A DNA stretch of 48,101 nucleotides from a virus (IMGVR_UViG_3300042461_000028:1-48101); one strand, 5' to 3'; positions 19,061 to 26,847 are shown, counted from the first letter of the stretch. The notes: generated by a model from the letters alone, not told the origin. A program made the numbers and translations.

Positions 19061-19768
19061 ATGTCTCTCAAGCTGAATGAACGATACCCAGGCCGGTTCG
19101 ATAATCCGTCGGGCCAATACCCGCAAGGGGCATTCAAGAACCGCAGCGCGCCCGATGTTTTTGATGGCTCATACCTGGAAAAGGACTGGGCGAACGACAA
19201 GGAAGGCCTGTTTCAATCGCTCCTGGTATCCGCCGGCATCACCCCAAACGGCGATGTAGATGCAGTCGGATCTTCGCAGTATTTCGACGCGCTGCTCCAG
19301 CTCATCGCCTCAAATTCCAGAATCTTCCCCGGGCAGATCATCTGGGTTGCAGGCGATACTGCGCCAGAGGGCACCCTGAAGGCCAACTTCGCAGCCGTGA
19401 GCCGAACCGTATATGCCCGTCTCTTTAGCGCCATTGGCACCCGCTACGGCGCTGGAAACGGCACCACCACGTTCAACCTCCCAGAGATGCGCGGTGAGTT
19501 CCCTCGCGGGTGGGACGACGGGCGAGGCATTGATACAGGGCGAGTGCTAGGCAGCGCCCAAGCAGCATCCGCCCTCAGCTATTACGCAAATGGAAACTCC
19601 AGCGCCGCAGTGGCAACGCCTCTCATAAACGGCGATGGATCTCTGACATCAAGCACGGGTGTCGGCGGATTCAGATACGAGACAGCCACCCGGCCCGCAC
19701 AGGCATCCGAGACTTTTAATTATGTCAGGCCGCGAAACATCGCCCTGATGGCTTGCATTGTTTATTGA
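19061..19768 (+). CDS. tail fibre protein with phage tail-collar domain
   Basis: 235 aa. GTLKANFAAVSRTVYARLFSAIGTRYGAGNGTTTFNLPEMRGEFPRGW is the Collar-domain signature. Confidence 0.8.
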   Translation: MSLKLNERYPGRFDNPSGQYPQGAFKNRSAPDVFDGSYLEKDWANDKEGLFQSLLVSAGITPNGDVDAVGSSQYFDALLQLIASNSRIFPGQIIWVAGDTAPEGTLKANFAAVSRTVYARLFSAIGTRYGAGNGTTTFNLPEMRGEFPRGWDDGRGIDTGRVLGSAQAASALSYYANGNSSAAVATPLINGDGSLTSSTGVGGFRYETATRPAQASETFNYVRPRNIALMACIVY

Positions 19769-19775
19769 GGTCCAT

Positions 19776-20354
19776 ATGGAAAACAAAGCCCCCCAAATTT
19801 ACAATTACCACGGCGTAACACTGGAATATCTGGGAGAGTCAGTGGCTGACGCAGATCCTCTTGATGTGGGCGCGTGGCTTATCCCTGGTAATGCCTGTCT
19901 TGATGCGCCGCCGGCCGCGGAACATGGACATGTGGTGCGTAGGGCTGACGCTGGGTGGGAGATTGTCGAGGACAACAGGGGCGCCATATACAGCACCGAA
20001 AACGGTTCTGCATCCGTGCTATCCGAACTCGGCCCAATTCCAGATGGCTACACCTCAAAGCAACCCCCGAGCCCGATCCACGCATGGAGCGGAAACACAT
20101 GGCGACTCAGCAAGGAGCTTGAGAATGCCGCGCTCACGCAAGAGGCGAACGTCACCCGATCAAAGCTGTTGACAGAAGCGTCCGTTCGCATGGGCCCGCT
20201 CCAAGACGCAGTTGATATTGGTGAGGCCAGCGACGCCGAGAAGGACATGCTCGTGGCCTGGAAGCGTTATCGGATTTACCTGAACCGGATCGAGCTTCAA
20301 GAGGGCTTTCCGAAGACCATCGTGTGGCCACAGAGCCCTGACGAAGAGATCTAA
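19776..20354 (+). CDS. tail fibre assembly chaperone (Tfa/gpG-like)
   Basis: ATG 19776 with GAGG upstream. C-terminal …AEKDMLVAWKRYRIYLNRIE… is typical of Caudo_TAP proteins. Confidence 0.7.
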   Translation: MENKAPQIYNYHGVTLEYLGESVADADPLDVGAWLIPGNACLDAPPAAEHGHVVRRADAGWEIVEDNRGAIYSTENGSASVLSELGPIPDGYTSKQPPSPIHAWSGNTWRLSKELENAALTQEANVTRSKLLTEASVRMGPLQDAVDIGEASDAEKDMLVAWKRYRIYLNRIELQEGFPKTIVWPQSPDEEI

Positions 20355-20355
20355 A

Positions 20356-22197
20356 ATGACCATCACCTACCGGGTTAGAAATGGTGCACCGCTTACATGG
20401 GCGCAAGTGGACGAGAATTTCCGGACGCTGGACACAGAGAAAGTCTCCGCTCGGCCTGGCTTTGATCTCTCCCAAGAAAACTTCACGCCAACGTACAAGC
20501 AAACTCTGGACAATCTGCCAAACAACCTAGAGTTTCGGCTTGAGCAGGCTGAAGACAACGCGGCTCAAGCTGCGATTGATGCAGCGGCAGCCAACCAGAA
20601 GGCCAGTATAGTCGTAGCGCCTGATGAGGCTGATAAGGGTCCTGGCGCCATTCCGTATGACCAGTCTTTGGGGTATCCCGGCTGGAGTCTTGGCGCGGCA
20701 GTGAAGCTTGCGGCTCAGGGTAGTCAGGTACTTTCAAGTCTGGCGGAAAGTGACGGATCCGCCAAAGTTGGATTCATTCAGTCCGGCCTTGGTGTGGTGG
20801 CTCGAAACATCCAAGACCGCATGCGCGAGCGCGTCAGCGTCAAAGACTTTGACGGCGTAATCGGCGACGGCATTCACGATGACACAGTAGGCATCCAGGC
20901 GGCAATCAACGATGGCCGGCCCTTGGACTTCGGTGGCACGGAGAATGTGTATCGACTCACGGCTGACCTTACACCCCAGAACGGCGGCCGCTATTATGGG
21001 CATGGGGCAACGATCTTCCAGGAATCGATCGGTGAGGAGGCATTCGCTTGCACCTCTCTGACCGATGCTAAGTTCCATGGTCTGACCCTCATCGGCGCAA
21101 GCCCTGACCCCTTGGTCACTGACGGGACCAACCGAGCCTTCGAGCTTTTTGCTCCGAAGGATGTGGTCATCGAACAGTGCACGATGAAAAACTGGGGCTC
21201 CGCAGGGGTGTTCCTAACTGGAGGTGGCGGTGCGGCGTATGGGCCTACCAACTGCAAAGTGCTCAACAACCTAATCGAGAACTGTAACGACGGCATCTTC
21301 ACCTATGTCGGCGGGGTGGGCAATCTGATCTCTGGGAACACGATCCGTCGTTCAGGCCGTACAGGCATTTTCATCGACGATGTGTCGTTCTCTTCTGGCG
21401 GGACCCCCGTTATTGCCACCATGTTGACGGTAACTGGCAACATCATCGAGAACTATGGAGGCTTTGCAGAGGCAGCGGGTATTACGTCCGGGGCGATGCG
21501 GCGCGTCAATATAATCGAAAATATTATTGGCCCAGGCAATGGAGCCGGAATCTCTTTGTTTGCCGGCGGAGCAGAGGCTGACGCTCCTACGACTACCAAT
21601 TGCGCGCTGGTTGCACTGAATCAGATATACCGGCCAAGCAAGCAAGCCGTGGTTCTGGTTGGGGTTCAATACAGTCAGGTTATCCATAACCTGTGCTGGG
21701 AAGCGAACTACGGCGCAACTGGAAACAACAGCGCTATTGAATTGCAAGCGATGACTCGTGCAGGAACCACAGTTGGTTCCGACAAGAACATCATCGAGAG
21801 CAATACCATTGTTCGCGTCACGGGCGACGTCGATAACGGAATCCGCTTACAGGCGAACTGCTCGAGCAACCGGGTACGGCTGAACATCATCGAAGGCTCT
21901 ACATCGAAGGGCGTTCTTGACGAAGGTACTGCCAACAAGATCAGCCAGAACGAAGGATTTAAAACGGAAAACTCCGGAACCGCTAGCATCACCACAGGCA
22001 ATACATTCGTGGATGTGACTCATGGACTGGATTACACGCCGGCAGTTCAGGACATCACCATAACTCTGAACTCTTCGCTAGGGGCGGCCACATACTGGCT
22101 GATATCGGGCGCGCCTTCAGCAACGAACTTCAGGATCGCGCTGAATGCAAACCCTGGTGCGACAGTGAATATGGCCTGGTCCGTCAGAAAAAACTAG
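20356..22197 (+). CDS. tailspike with right-handed beta-helix (pectate-lyase-3-like) domain, probable polysaccharide depolymerase
   Basis: 613 aa. VSVKDFDGVIGDGIHDDTVGIQAAINDG matches the N-terminal cap motif of Pectate_lyase_3. Repeated NxIxN/GIF rungs follow (NNLIENCNDGIF, GNTIRRSGRTGIFIDD, GNIIENYGG). Confidence 0.75.
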   Translation: MTITYRVRNGAPLTWAQVDENFRTLDTEKVSARPGFDLSQENFTPTYKQTLDNLPNNLEFRLEQAEDNAAQAAIDAAAANQKASIVVAPDEADKGPGAIPYDQSLGYPGWSLGAAVKLAAQGSQVLSSLAESDGSAKVGFIQSGLGVVARNIQDRMRERVSVKDFDGVIGDGIHDDTVGIQAAINDGRPLDFGGTENVYRLTADLTPQNGGRYYGHGATIFQESIGEEAFACTSLTDAKFHGLTLIGASPDPLVTDGTNRAFELFAPKDVVIEQCTMKNWGSAGVFLTGGGGAAYGPTNCKVLNNLIENCNDGIFTYVGGVGNLISGNTIRRSGRTGIFIDDVSFSSGGTPVIATMLTVTGNIIENYGGFAEAAGITSGAMRRVNIIENIIGPGNGAGISLFAGGAEADAPTTTNCALVALNQIYRPSKQAVVLVGVQYSQVIHNLCWEANYGATGNNSAIELQAMTRAGTTVGSDKNIIESNTIVRVTGDVDNGIRLQANCSSNRVRLNIIEGSTSKGVLDEGTANKISQNEGFKTENSGTASITTGNTFVDVTHGLDYTPAVQDITITLNSSLGAATYWLISGAPSATNFRIALNANPGATVNMAWSVRKN

Positions 22198-22220
22198 AGC
22201 GCCTTCTGGCGCCCTCTTTC
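22196..22220. terminator. bidirectional hairpin between convergent tailspike and moron genes
   Basis: gcgcc(22199-22203)/ggcgc(22208-22212) stem. The - strand reads hairpin then tctagtttttt; the + strand reads hairpin then cctctttc. Confidence 0.45.
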
Positions 22221-22566
22221 ACCTCGATTGTGTGATCCATGACCCAATCAGGACTTTCGCTTCCTTGACCTCCTCAGCCGTAACCCTTTCCTGGAACTCA
22301 TCCTTGGACTCAGATCCAGGGTTCTGATTTGGGTCAGAAGTCTCGTAGTTATACCGAGTCTCTACATGAGCAGCCAGAGCCTTTCTACAAGCGGTGATCA
22401 CGCTGTTGGCAAGATCATTCGGGGCTACGTTGCCCTTCTTCTTATCGAACTCTTGGACCAGGCACTGGGAGTACGCATCGCTTGCGGTGCCTCTCAGGTC
22501 ATTGGTGTTGCTGGCATGTGCAGTTATTGCCAGGGCAGAAATCAGGATTGCAGATAGGTGCTTCAT
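22219..22566 (-). CDS. secreted moron protein, unknown function (115 aa)
   Basis: Opposite strand to all neighbours. Signal peptide MKHLSAILISALAITAHA|SN. Two Cys; helical and charged. Visibly lower GC than flanks. Confidence 0.7.
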   Translation of the reverse strand: MKHLSAILISALAITAHASNTNDLRGTASDAYSQCLVQEFDKKKGNVAPNDLANSVITACRKALAAHVETRYNYETSDPNQNPGSESKDEFQERVTAEEVKEAKVLIGSWITQSR

Positions 22567-22663
22567 TTCGTCCGTCCGTAGCTTGAATGAAATTTTGGCG
22601 GATGGTAGGGCAACGCGTCGAACACGACAAGAAAATCTCAGCGGTACCCATATTGGATATCAG

Positions 22664-22688
22664 AGCCCGCCATCAAGCGGGCTTTTTC
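22664..22688 (+). terminator. rho-independent terminator immediately upstream of the endolysin SD
   Basis: agcccgc(22664-70) catcaa gcgggct(22677-83) then tttt. 7-bp stem, 6-nt loop, U-tract on + strand only. Confidence 0.65.
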
Positions 22689-22705
22689 ATTTCTGGAGAA
22701 AATCC

Positions 22706-23131
22706 ATGAACGCAACAGATAAGGACCGCGACATCCTGGCCCGCACCCTGTGGGGCGAGGCCCGCGGCGAAGGCTTGGCCGGGCAGATCGCCGTAGCCCA
22801 CACCATCCGCAACCGTGTGGAGGATGGCAAGGCCAAATCCTGGTGGGGTGAGGGCTACGCCGGCGTGTGCCTGAAGCCCTACCAGTTCAGTTGCTGGAAC
22901 AAGAACGACCCGAACTATCCCTACCTGAGCGGCGCGAAGCCGATCCCGCCGAAGCAGTTCGCCCAAGCGCAGCGGGCGGCCGACCTGGTGATCTCCGGCG
23001 CCGAGCCTGATATCACGAAGGGCGCGACCCACTACTACGCCACGACCATGCCAAAGGCTCCGGCCTGGGCGGCCAAGGCCACGCAGACACTCCGCCTGGG
23101 TAACCACATCTTCTTCAAGGACGTGCCATGA
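22706..23131 (+). CDS. endolysin, SleB/Hydrolase_2-type cell-wall hydrolase
   Basis: ATG 22706 with GGAGA upstream. DILARTLWGEARGEGLAGQIAVAHTIRNRV…KPYQFSCWN is the Hydrolase_2 signature. No signal or SAR sequence. Confidence 0.85.
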   Translation: MNATDKDRDILARTLWGEARGEGLAGQIAVAHTIRNRVEDGKAKSWWGEGYAGVCLKPYQFSCWNKNDPNYPYLSGAKPIPPKQFAQAQRAADLVISGAEPDITKGATHYYATTMPKAPAWAAKATQTLRLGNHIFFKDVP

Positions 23132-23502
23132 ATCCCGCCGCGGTCAAGGTGCTGGTGGCGGCCGGCATTGCTCTGCTCCTGGTTATCGCGGGAGCAGGGA
23201 TTGGCGCATGGCTGGCGGCAGGGCACTACCGGCCACTGCTGGATGCGTCGAACAACGACCTGGCCCAGGCCACGCTTGCACGTGACAACCTGATTACCCT
23301 AACCGACGAGCAGGGACGCAAGCTGGGCGAGCTGGTCCAGGCTGGCGAGCTGCGGGAGCGGGCGGCGGCGTTGGCCCTGGAGAAAGCACGGGCAGAGGCC
23401 CAGCCTGACTATGCGGCAGCCAATCGCCTCCTGCGGGAGCGAACCGGCGGCAATCAATGTGTGGCGGCCGAGTCCATTATTGATCAGGAGTTGGGCTTAT
23501 GA
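23128..23502 (+). CDS. Rz: i-spanin (Rz-like)
   Basis: 124 aa, ATGA-coupled to the endolysin. N-terminal TM (VKVLVAAGIALLLVIAGAGIGAWLAAG) then a coiled-coil periplasmic domain. Confidence 0.8.
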   Translation: MNPAAVKVLVAAGIALLLVIAGAGIGAWLAAGHYRPLLDASNNDLAQATLARDNLITLTDEQGRKLGELVQAGELRERAAALALEKARAEAQPDYAAANRLLRERTGGNQCVAAESIIDQELGL

Positions 23503-23756
23503 AGGCGTTGCTGCTGGTCGTTGTGCTGGTTCTTGCCGGGTGTGCTGGTAGGACGCCTGAGGTGCGAACGGTTCGGGTAGAGATTCCCGTGCAGGTCCCA
23601 TGCAAAACGGAGGAAGTGGCGGTGCCGGCCTGGGCTGCGGCCGGGCTCAAGAAGTCTGACCCCCTTGAAGTGAAAGCCCGGGCATTGCTGGCGGAGCGCC
23701 GGCAGCGGATAGGCTACGAGAAGCAGTTGGTGGCGGCGGTCGGCGCATGCCGCTGA
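23499..23756 (+). CDS. Rz1: o-spanin lipoprotein (Rz1-like, separate-gene architecture)
   Basis: 85 aa, ATGA-coupled. Lipobox MKALLLVVVLVLAGC. Pro/Val-rich mature part with Cys residues. Confidence 0.8.
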   Translation: MKALLLVVVLVLAGCAGRTPEVRTVRVEIPVQVPCKTEEVAVPAWAAAGLKKSDPLEVKARALLAERRQRIGYEKQLVAAVGACR

Positions 23757-23757
23757 C

Positions 23758-24438
23758 TCACGCAACAGGCTTGATCAGCTCGGGGCCTTGATTGCGCACG
23801 TTGCCAACGGCCTTGTCCACCTTGAACCACTCGAAGACCTCGGCCGGCTCGCCCTGCTGCAGGACCATTTGTTCGGCACGCTCCTTTGGAGTGGCCGGGT
23901 CCAGCCACTCCCGAGCGAGTTCGGCATTCAGCACAACGGGGCGCCGGTCGTGGATGTCGATCATGCCGCCCTGGCTGTCGGCGGTGATGATGACGAATCC
24001 GTCGTGCTCGCCTGGCTCACGGTCACCGGTGGGGAACTGGCCGATAGCCGCGCAGAGGATCGGGGCCTGGTCCCGCCGGCGGATCAGGTACGGCTGCTTT
24101 TTCGGCCCACCCTCATCGACCCACTCAAACCAGTTGTTTATAGGCGTGATGGCGCGGTTCGGCCAGATCGACCGGTAGAAGGGGCCGTGGGCGACTTTCT
24201 CCACCCTGGCATTGATTGGCGCTGCCCTGTCTTTGGCCCAGGCCGGGCGCCAGCCCCAGCGCACCATGTCGGCATGCAGCGCGTCGCCTTCCTGGTGAAA
24301 CAGGGCGAGCTGACTCGATGGCGCGCCGTTGTACTTCTCCAGGGGTAGGTCACCGGCAGAGTTGACCAGGGCATTGGGCATGCTCAGCGCCGCCACGAAG
24401 TCGTGGATGCCGGTGTACTGGGAGAGTCGTCCGCACAT
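23758..24438 (-). CDS. SRAP (SOS-response-associated peptidase, YedK/HMCES-like) protein
   Basis: 226 aa starting MCGR (catalytic Cys2), with …NARVEKV…PINNWFEW…HDRRPVVL… typical of SRAP domains. Confidence 0.85.
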   Translation of the reverse strand: MCGRLSQYTGIHDFVAALSMPNALVNSAGDLPLEKYNGAPSSQLALFHQEGDALHADMVRWGWRPAWAKDRAAPINARVEKVAHGPFYRSIWPNRAITPINNWFEWVDEGGPKKQPYLIRRRDQAPILCAAIGQFPTGDREPGEHDGFVIITADSQGGMIDIHDRRPVVLNAELAREWLDPATPKERAEQMVLQQGEPAEVFEWFKVDKAVGNVRNQGPELIKPVA

Positions 24439-24451
24439 TTGGTGCTCCCTT

Positions 24452-24823
24452 TCAGACTCTGTTGGGAGTGGGTGGGGCGAGCTTGCCTCCCATGAATTCG
24501 TTCAACTGCCTGTAGTACTCAGAAATCAGCTGATCTTTTGAGGCAAGCAGGTAGTTCGAGTTCATTTGTAAGGAGACAAACTCTCGGCCCTTGCTAGATA
24601 GATCGGCCTTGACCTGCTTGAGTTCAGCTCGAAGCTTTGTACATTCCTTGGCCTCATTGGCATGCATCTCGACCAAGCCGAAAATATCCTGGCGCGCCTT
24701 GCGAAGCTGAGTCGTCAGCTCCTGCACCTCGTTCTCCAGCATCAGGCAAGAGTGTTTGTACATCTCCAGTGGAGTAGGACAGCCCAGCCAGTCGCTGGTG
24801 TCTTCGATTTCTAATGGGTCCAC
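24452..24823 (-). CDS. coiled-coil protein, unknown function (123 aa)
   Basis: GTG start with GAGG 8 nt upstream. Long heptad region (ENEVQELTTQLRKARQDIF…KLRAELKQVKADLSSK). Low GC. 13 nt upstream of the SRAP gene on the same strand. Confidence 0.6.
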   Translation of the reverse strand: MDPLEIEDTSDWLGCPTPLEMYKHSCLMLENEVQELTTQLRKARQDIFGLVEMHANEAKECTKLRAELKQVKADLSSKGREFVSLQMNSNYLLASKDQLISEYYRQLNEFMGGKLAPPTPNRV

Positions 24824-24841
24824 GGGTAACGCCTCAGCTTG

Positions 24842-24861
24842 TACTGTTTGGATGTACAGTA
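24842..24861 (-). promoter_or_regulatory. LexA (SOS) box
   Basis: tACTGTttggatgtACAGTa: CTGT-N8-ACAG palindrome matching TACTG-N10-CAGTA. Lies 19-38 nt upstream of the 24823 start. Confidence 0.7.
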
Positions 24862-25070
24862 ATCGAGGCGCGACAATTCGGGCGAGAGGGAGGCGACGAG
24901 CTGTAGTGGTTTGGGTTGTGAGCGGTCGGCAGAACGCCGGAGGAGGGGGAGTACTGTAGGAATATCCAACGCTAAGTTATTGATTCTTATAGGGGGATCT
25001 GGCGGTTTTGGGAAGGTCTTAAATCGGGTGTTTTGTTTTTAAAATCAAAAGGTTACAGTGGAGTCTCGGT

Positions 25071-25119
25071 CACCTTGACATGGTGGGGGTCGTTGGTTCG
25101 AGTCCAATCGCGCCTACCA
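25071..25119 (+). other. attP core: 3' portion of a tRNA-Val(GAC) gene (anticodon arm to CCA)
   Basis: caccTTGACATggtg anticodon arm (GAC), ggggtc variable, gttggTTCGAGTccaat T-arm, cgcgcct acceptor strand, ACCA. No matching 5' acceptor strand or D-arm upstream. Confidence 0.75.
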
Positions 25120-25150
25120 AACAAAATCCGCTCTGCTGGGCGGTCTAGAA

Positions 25151-25178
25151 GGGCTCACCGAAAGGTGGGCCCTTTTTG
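25151..25178 (+). terminator. rho-independent terminator after the tRNA fragment
   Basis: gggctcacc GAAA ggtgggccc (9 bp incl. one G-U, GAAA loop) followed by ttttt. Confidence 0.75.
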
Positions 25179-25188
25179 CTTTCTGCCA

Positions 25189-25221
25189 TTTGCAAAACTT
25201 TTGCAAAACTTTTGCAAAACC
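25189..25221. repeat. three tandem 11-bp repeats (tttgcaaaact x3), candidate Int arm-type sites
   Basis: 25189-25199, 25200-25210 and 25211-25221 (last base differs). Located between the att core and the int stop codon. Confidence 0.6.
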
Positions 25222-25227
25222 CCCACC

Positions 25228-26364
25228 TCAGAACGCCAATTCGGCGCACACCTCGACGTACTCAATCGTCTTATTCCCATGCCCTTCCTGATAGTGCTTG
25301 GTCATCTTCTCGTCTGCATGCCCCATCAAGGCCTGGATGTATTCCATTGGGAAATTTTGCTGCTCATAGAGCCAGGCACCCAAAGCGCGAATCTCGTGGA
25401 AAGTGGGGCGCTCTCCGGCCGGGACATGATCGTAGGCGTGGGCTGCGTCCCGAGCCTTGCTGAACTCCTTGGTCAAATAATCCGGCGTCACTGACGTCCA
25501 ATGGTCTTTGGCGTCGATTTGCTCCCTTCGCCTGGCCTTAGGCTTGTAGTGAATCAGGTACGGCGACGCGATCGGCGAGCGGAGGCACTCACCAACCACC
25601 TCGCGCAACGCGGCTCCCATGGTGATTTTCAGGTGCACCGGGTTGTCGTATCCCTGGGTTTTTCCCGGCGAGACGGTCAGCGTATTTTGATCCATGTCGG
25701 CTGCCGACTTCAGCCAGGTCACGATGTCTTCCCTTCGCTGAAGGCTGGTCAGGGCAAGGCGTATTGCTCGCTTCAGCCAGGGCGGCGTGGTGACGGCATC
25801 GATAATGAGCTTCAATCCCTCAACCGTGTGTCGCTGGCGCTTCTTCTCCGCCTCCTTCTTCACCAGGGTCAACTCGGCGTTGTTTCGTTCAGCCAGGCCT
25901 TTGGCCACGGCGAAGGCGAAAATCTGCACCCATAGCCCGCGGTGCTTGGTGTAGGCGTTGTTGCTGAACTGGTCCAAGTACTCCGCCATGGCGAGCACGT
26001 CCATTTGCCCGATCAGGCGGTCGCCAAGATCCTGTCGATACCGCTCAAGCTTGAATTTGATTTCTTCCAGGGTGCGTGCCGCGTAGCCTTTGTCCACGAC
26101 CCATTCATCGTGGAAGCGCTGAAGAAGGTTGCTGACCGTGGGCAGGCGATCGCCTGTTAGCAGCGTGAGTAGGGCGCCATCGTCGACGACCAGCGCGGCC
26201 AGTTTGAGATTGGCGGCCCGCGCCAGCTTGATTGCCTCCTCCAAGGGGCGGTTGATGCTGGTCATCAAGCCCGTAACCGGGTTGCGGTACCGCCAATATT
26301 TTCCGTTGGGGTAGAGGTTGGGCGGCAGCTTTCTGTTCTTGAGCGTGCGCGGTCGAGCAGCCAT
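25228..26364 (-). CDS. int: tyrosine integrase (lambda Int-like, with N-terminal arm-binding domain)
   Basis: 378 aa. N-terminus …LPPNLYPNGKYWRYRNPVTG. C-terminal catalytic region …HEIRALGAWL…LMGHADEKMTKHYQ (H-x-x-R, H, Y). Confidence 0.9.
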   Translation of the reverse strand: MAARPRTLKNRKLPPNLYPNGKYWRYRNPVTGLMTSINRPLEEAIKLARAANLKLAALVVDDGALLTLLTGDRLPTVSNLLQRFHDEWVVDKGYAARTLEEIKFKLERYRQDLGDRLIGQMDVLAMAEYLDQFSNNAYTKHRGLWVQIFAFAVAKGLAERNNAELTLVKKEAEKKRQRHTVEGLKLIIDAVTTPPWLKRAIRLALTSLQRREDIVTWLKSAADMDQNTLTVSPGKTQGYDNPVHLKITMGAALREVVGECLRSPIASPYLIHYKPKARRREQIDAKDHWTSVTPDYLTKEFSKARDAAHAYDHVPAGERPTFHEIRALGAWLYEQQNFPMEYIQALMGHADEKMTKHYQEGHGNKTIEYVEVCAELAF

Positions 26365-26597
26365 CAGCCTAACTCCATCATTTGAGCCAGGAGCGGGTCA
26401 TTCGAACCCATGACGGCCGCCTGCAGGTCCACAAAGTACATCCCGCCTTTTACTTCACCGATTACTTCGCCTTCCTCAATCCATTTCTTCAGCTGCTGGA
26501 CGCTGGGCTTGCCGCCGGCATACCGCAGCTTTCGATACTCGCTCACCTCCATGAGGCGCGGGAGCTTTACAGTAATCTGGGCAATGACTTTTGCCAT
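26364..26597 (-). CDS. xis: excisionase (lambda Xis-like)
   Basis: ATG 26597 with GGAG upstream. 77 aa; …MEVSEYRKLRYAGGKPSVQQLKKWIEEGEV…. Stop overlaps the int start (ATGA). Confidence 0.7.
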   Translation of the reverse strand: MAKVIAQITVKLPRLMEVSEYRKLRYAGGKPSVQQLKKWIEEGEVIGEVKGGMYFVDLQAAVMGSNDPLLAQMMELG

Positions 26598-26643
26598 GAT
26601 GATGCTCCGAGCCGCGCATGGCGGCATTGATGTTGCGCCACTG

Positions 26644-26847
26644 TTACGGGCGGGACTTCTGAATGATGTAAATGACGATGCAGCCGGTGGCAGCGAGCCA
26701 CACCAGCGAGCCGAAGCCTGCGGTTATCAGGGTTGCGTCCGTTCCGTGCTCGAGCATTCCCGGGACGGCGTAGGCGAACCAGAGGAGGCTGACCAGCATG
26801 TACAGCAGCGCGCCGATCAGGACTTCGAACAGTTTTTTTGCAGACAT
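26644..26847 (-). CDS. small membrane protein (67 aa, two hydrophobic spans)
   Basis: LIGALLYMLVSLLWFAYAV and FGSLVWLAATGCIVIYII. SD GGAG preceded by a conserved hairpin. Confidence 0.55.
   Translation of the reverse strand: MSAKKLFEVLIGALLYMLVSLLWFAYAVPGMLEHGTDATLITAGFGSLVWLAATGCIVIYIIQKSRP

Noticed and set aside
22394-22705. N-terminal 104-aa extension of the endolysin ORF (start at 22394)
   Set aside because: The extension is antisense to the moron gene and crosses the terminator at 22664..22688. The ATG at 22706 has a proper SD and begins the conserved Hydrolase_2 domain.
25189-25221. Possible CRISPR-like or minisatellite array (also 31807..31861)
   Set aside because: The units are directly abutting, with no spacers and only three copies. 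Their positions are better explained as Int arm-type sites and a coding-region tandem duplication.
25033-25494. 153-aa + strand ORF spanning attP
   Set aside because: It reads through the tRNA fragment, the terminator and the 11-bp repeats, then runs antisense to int.
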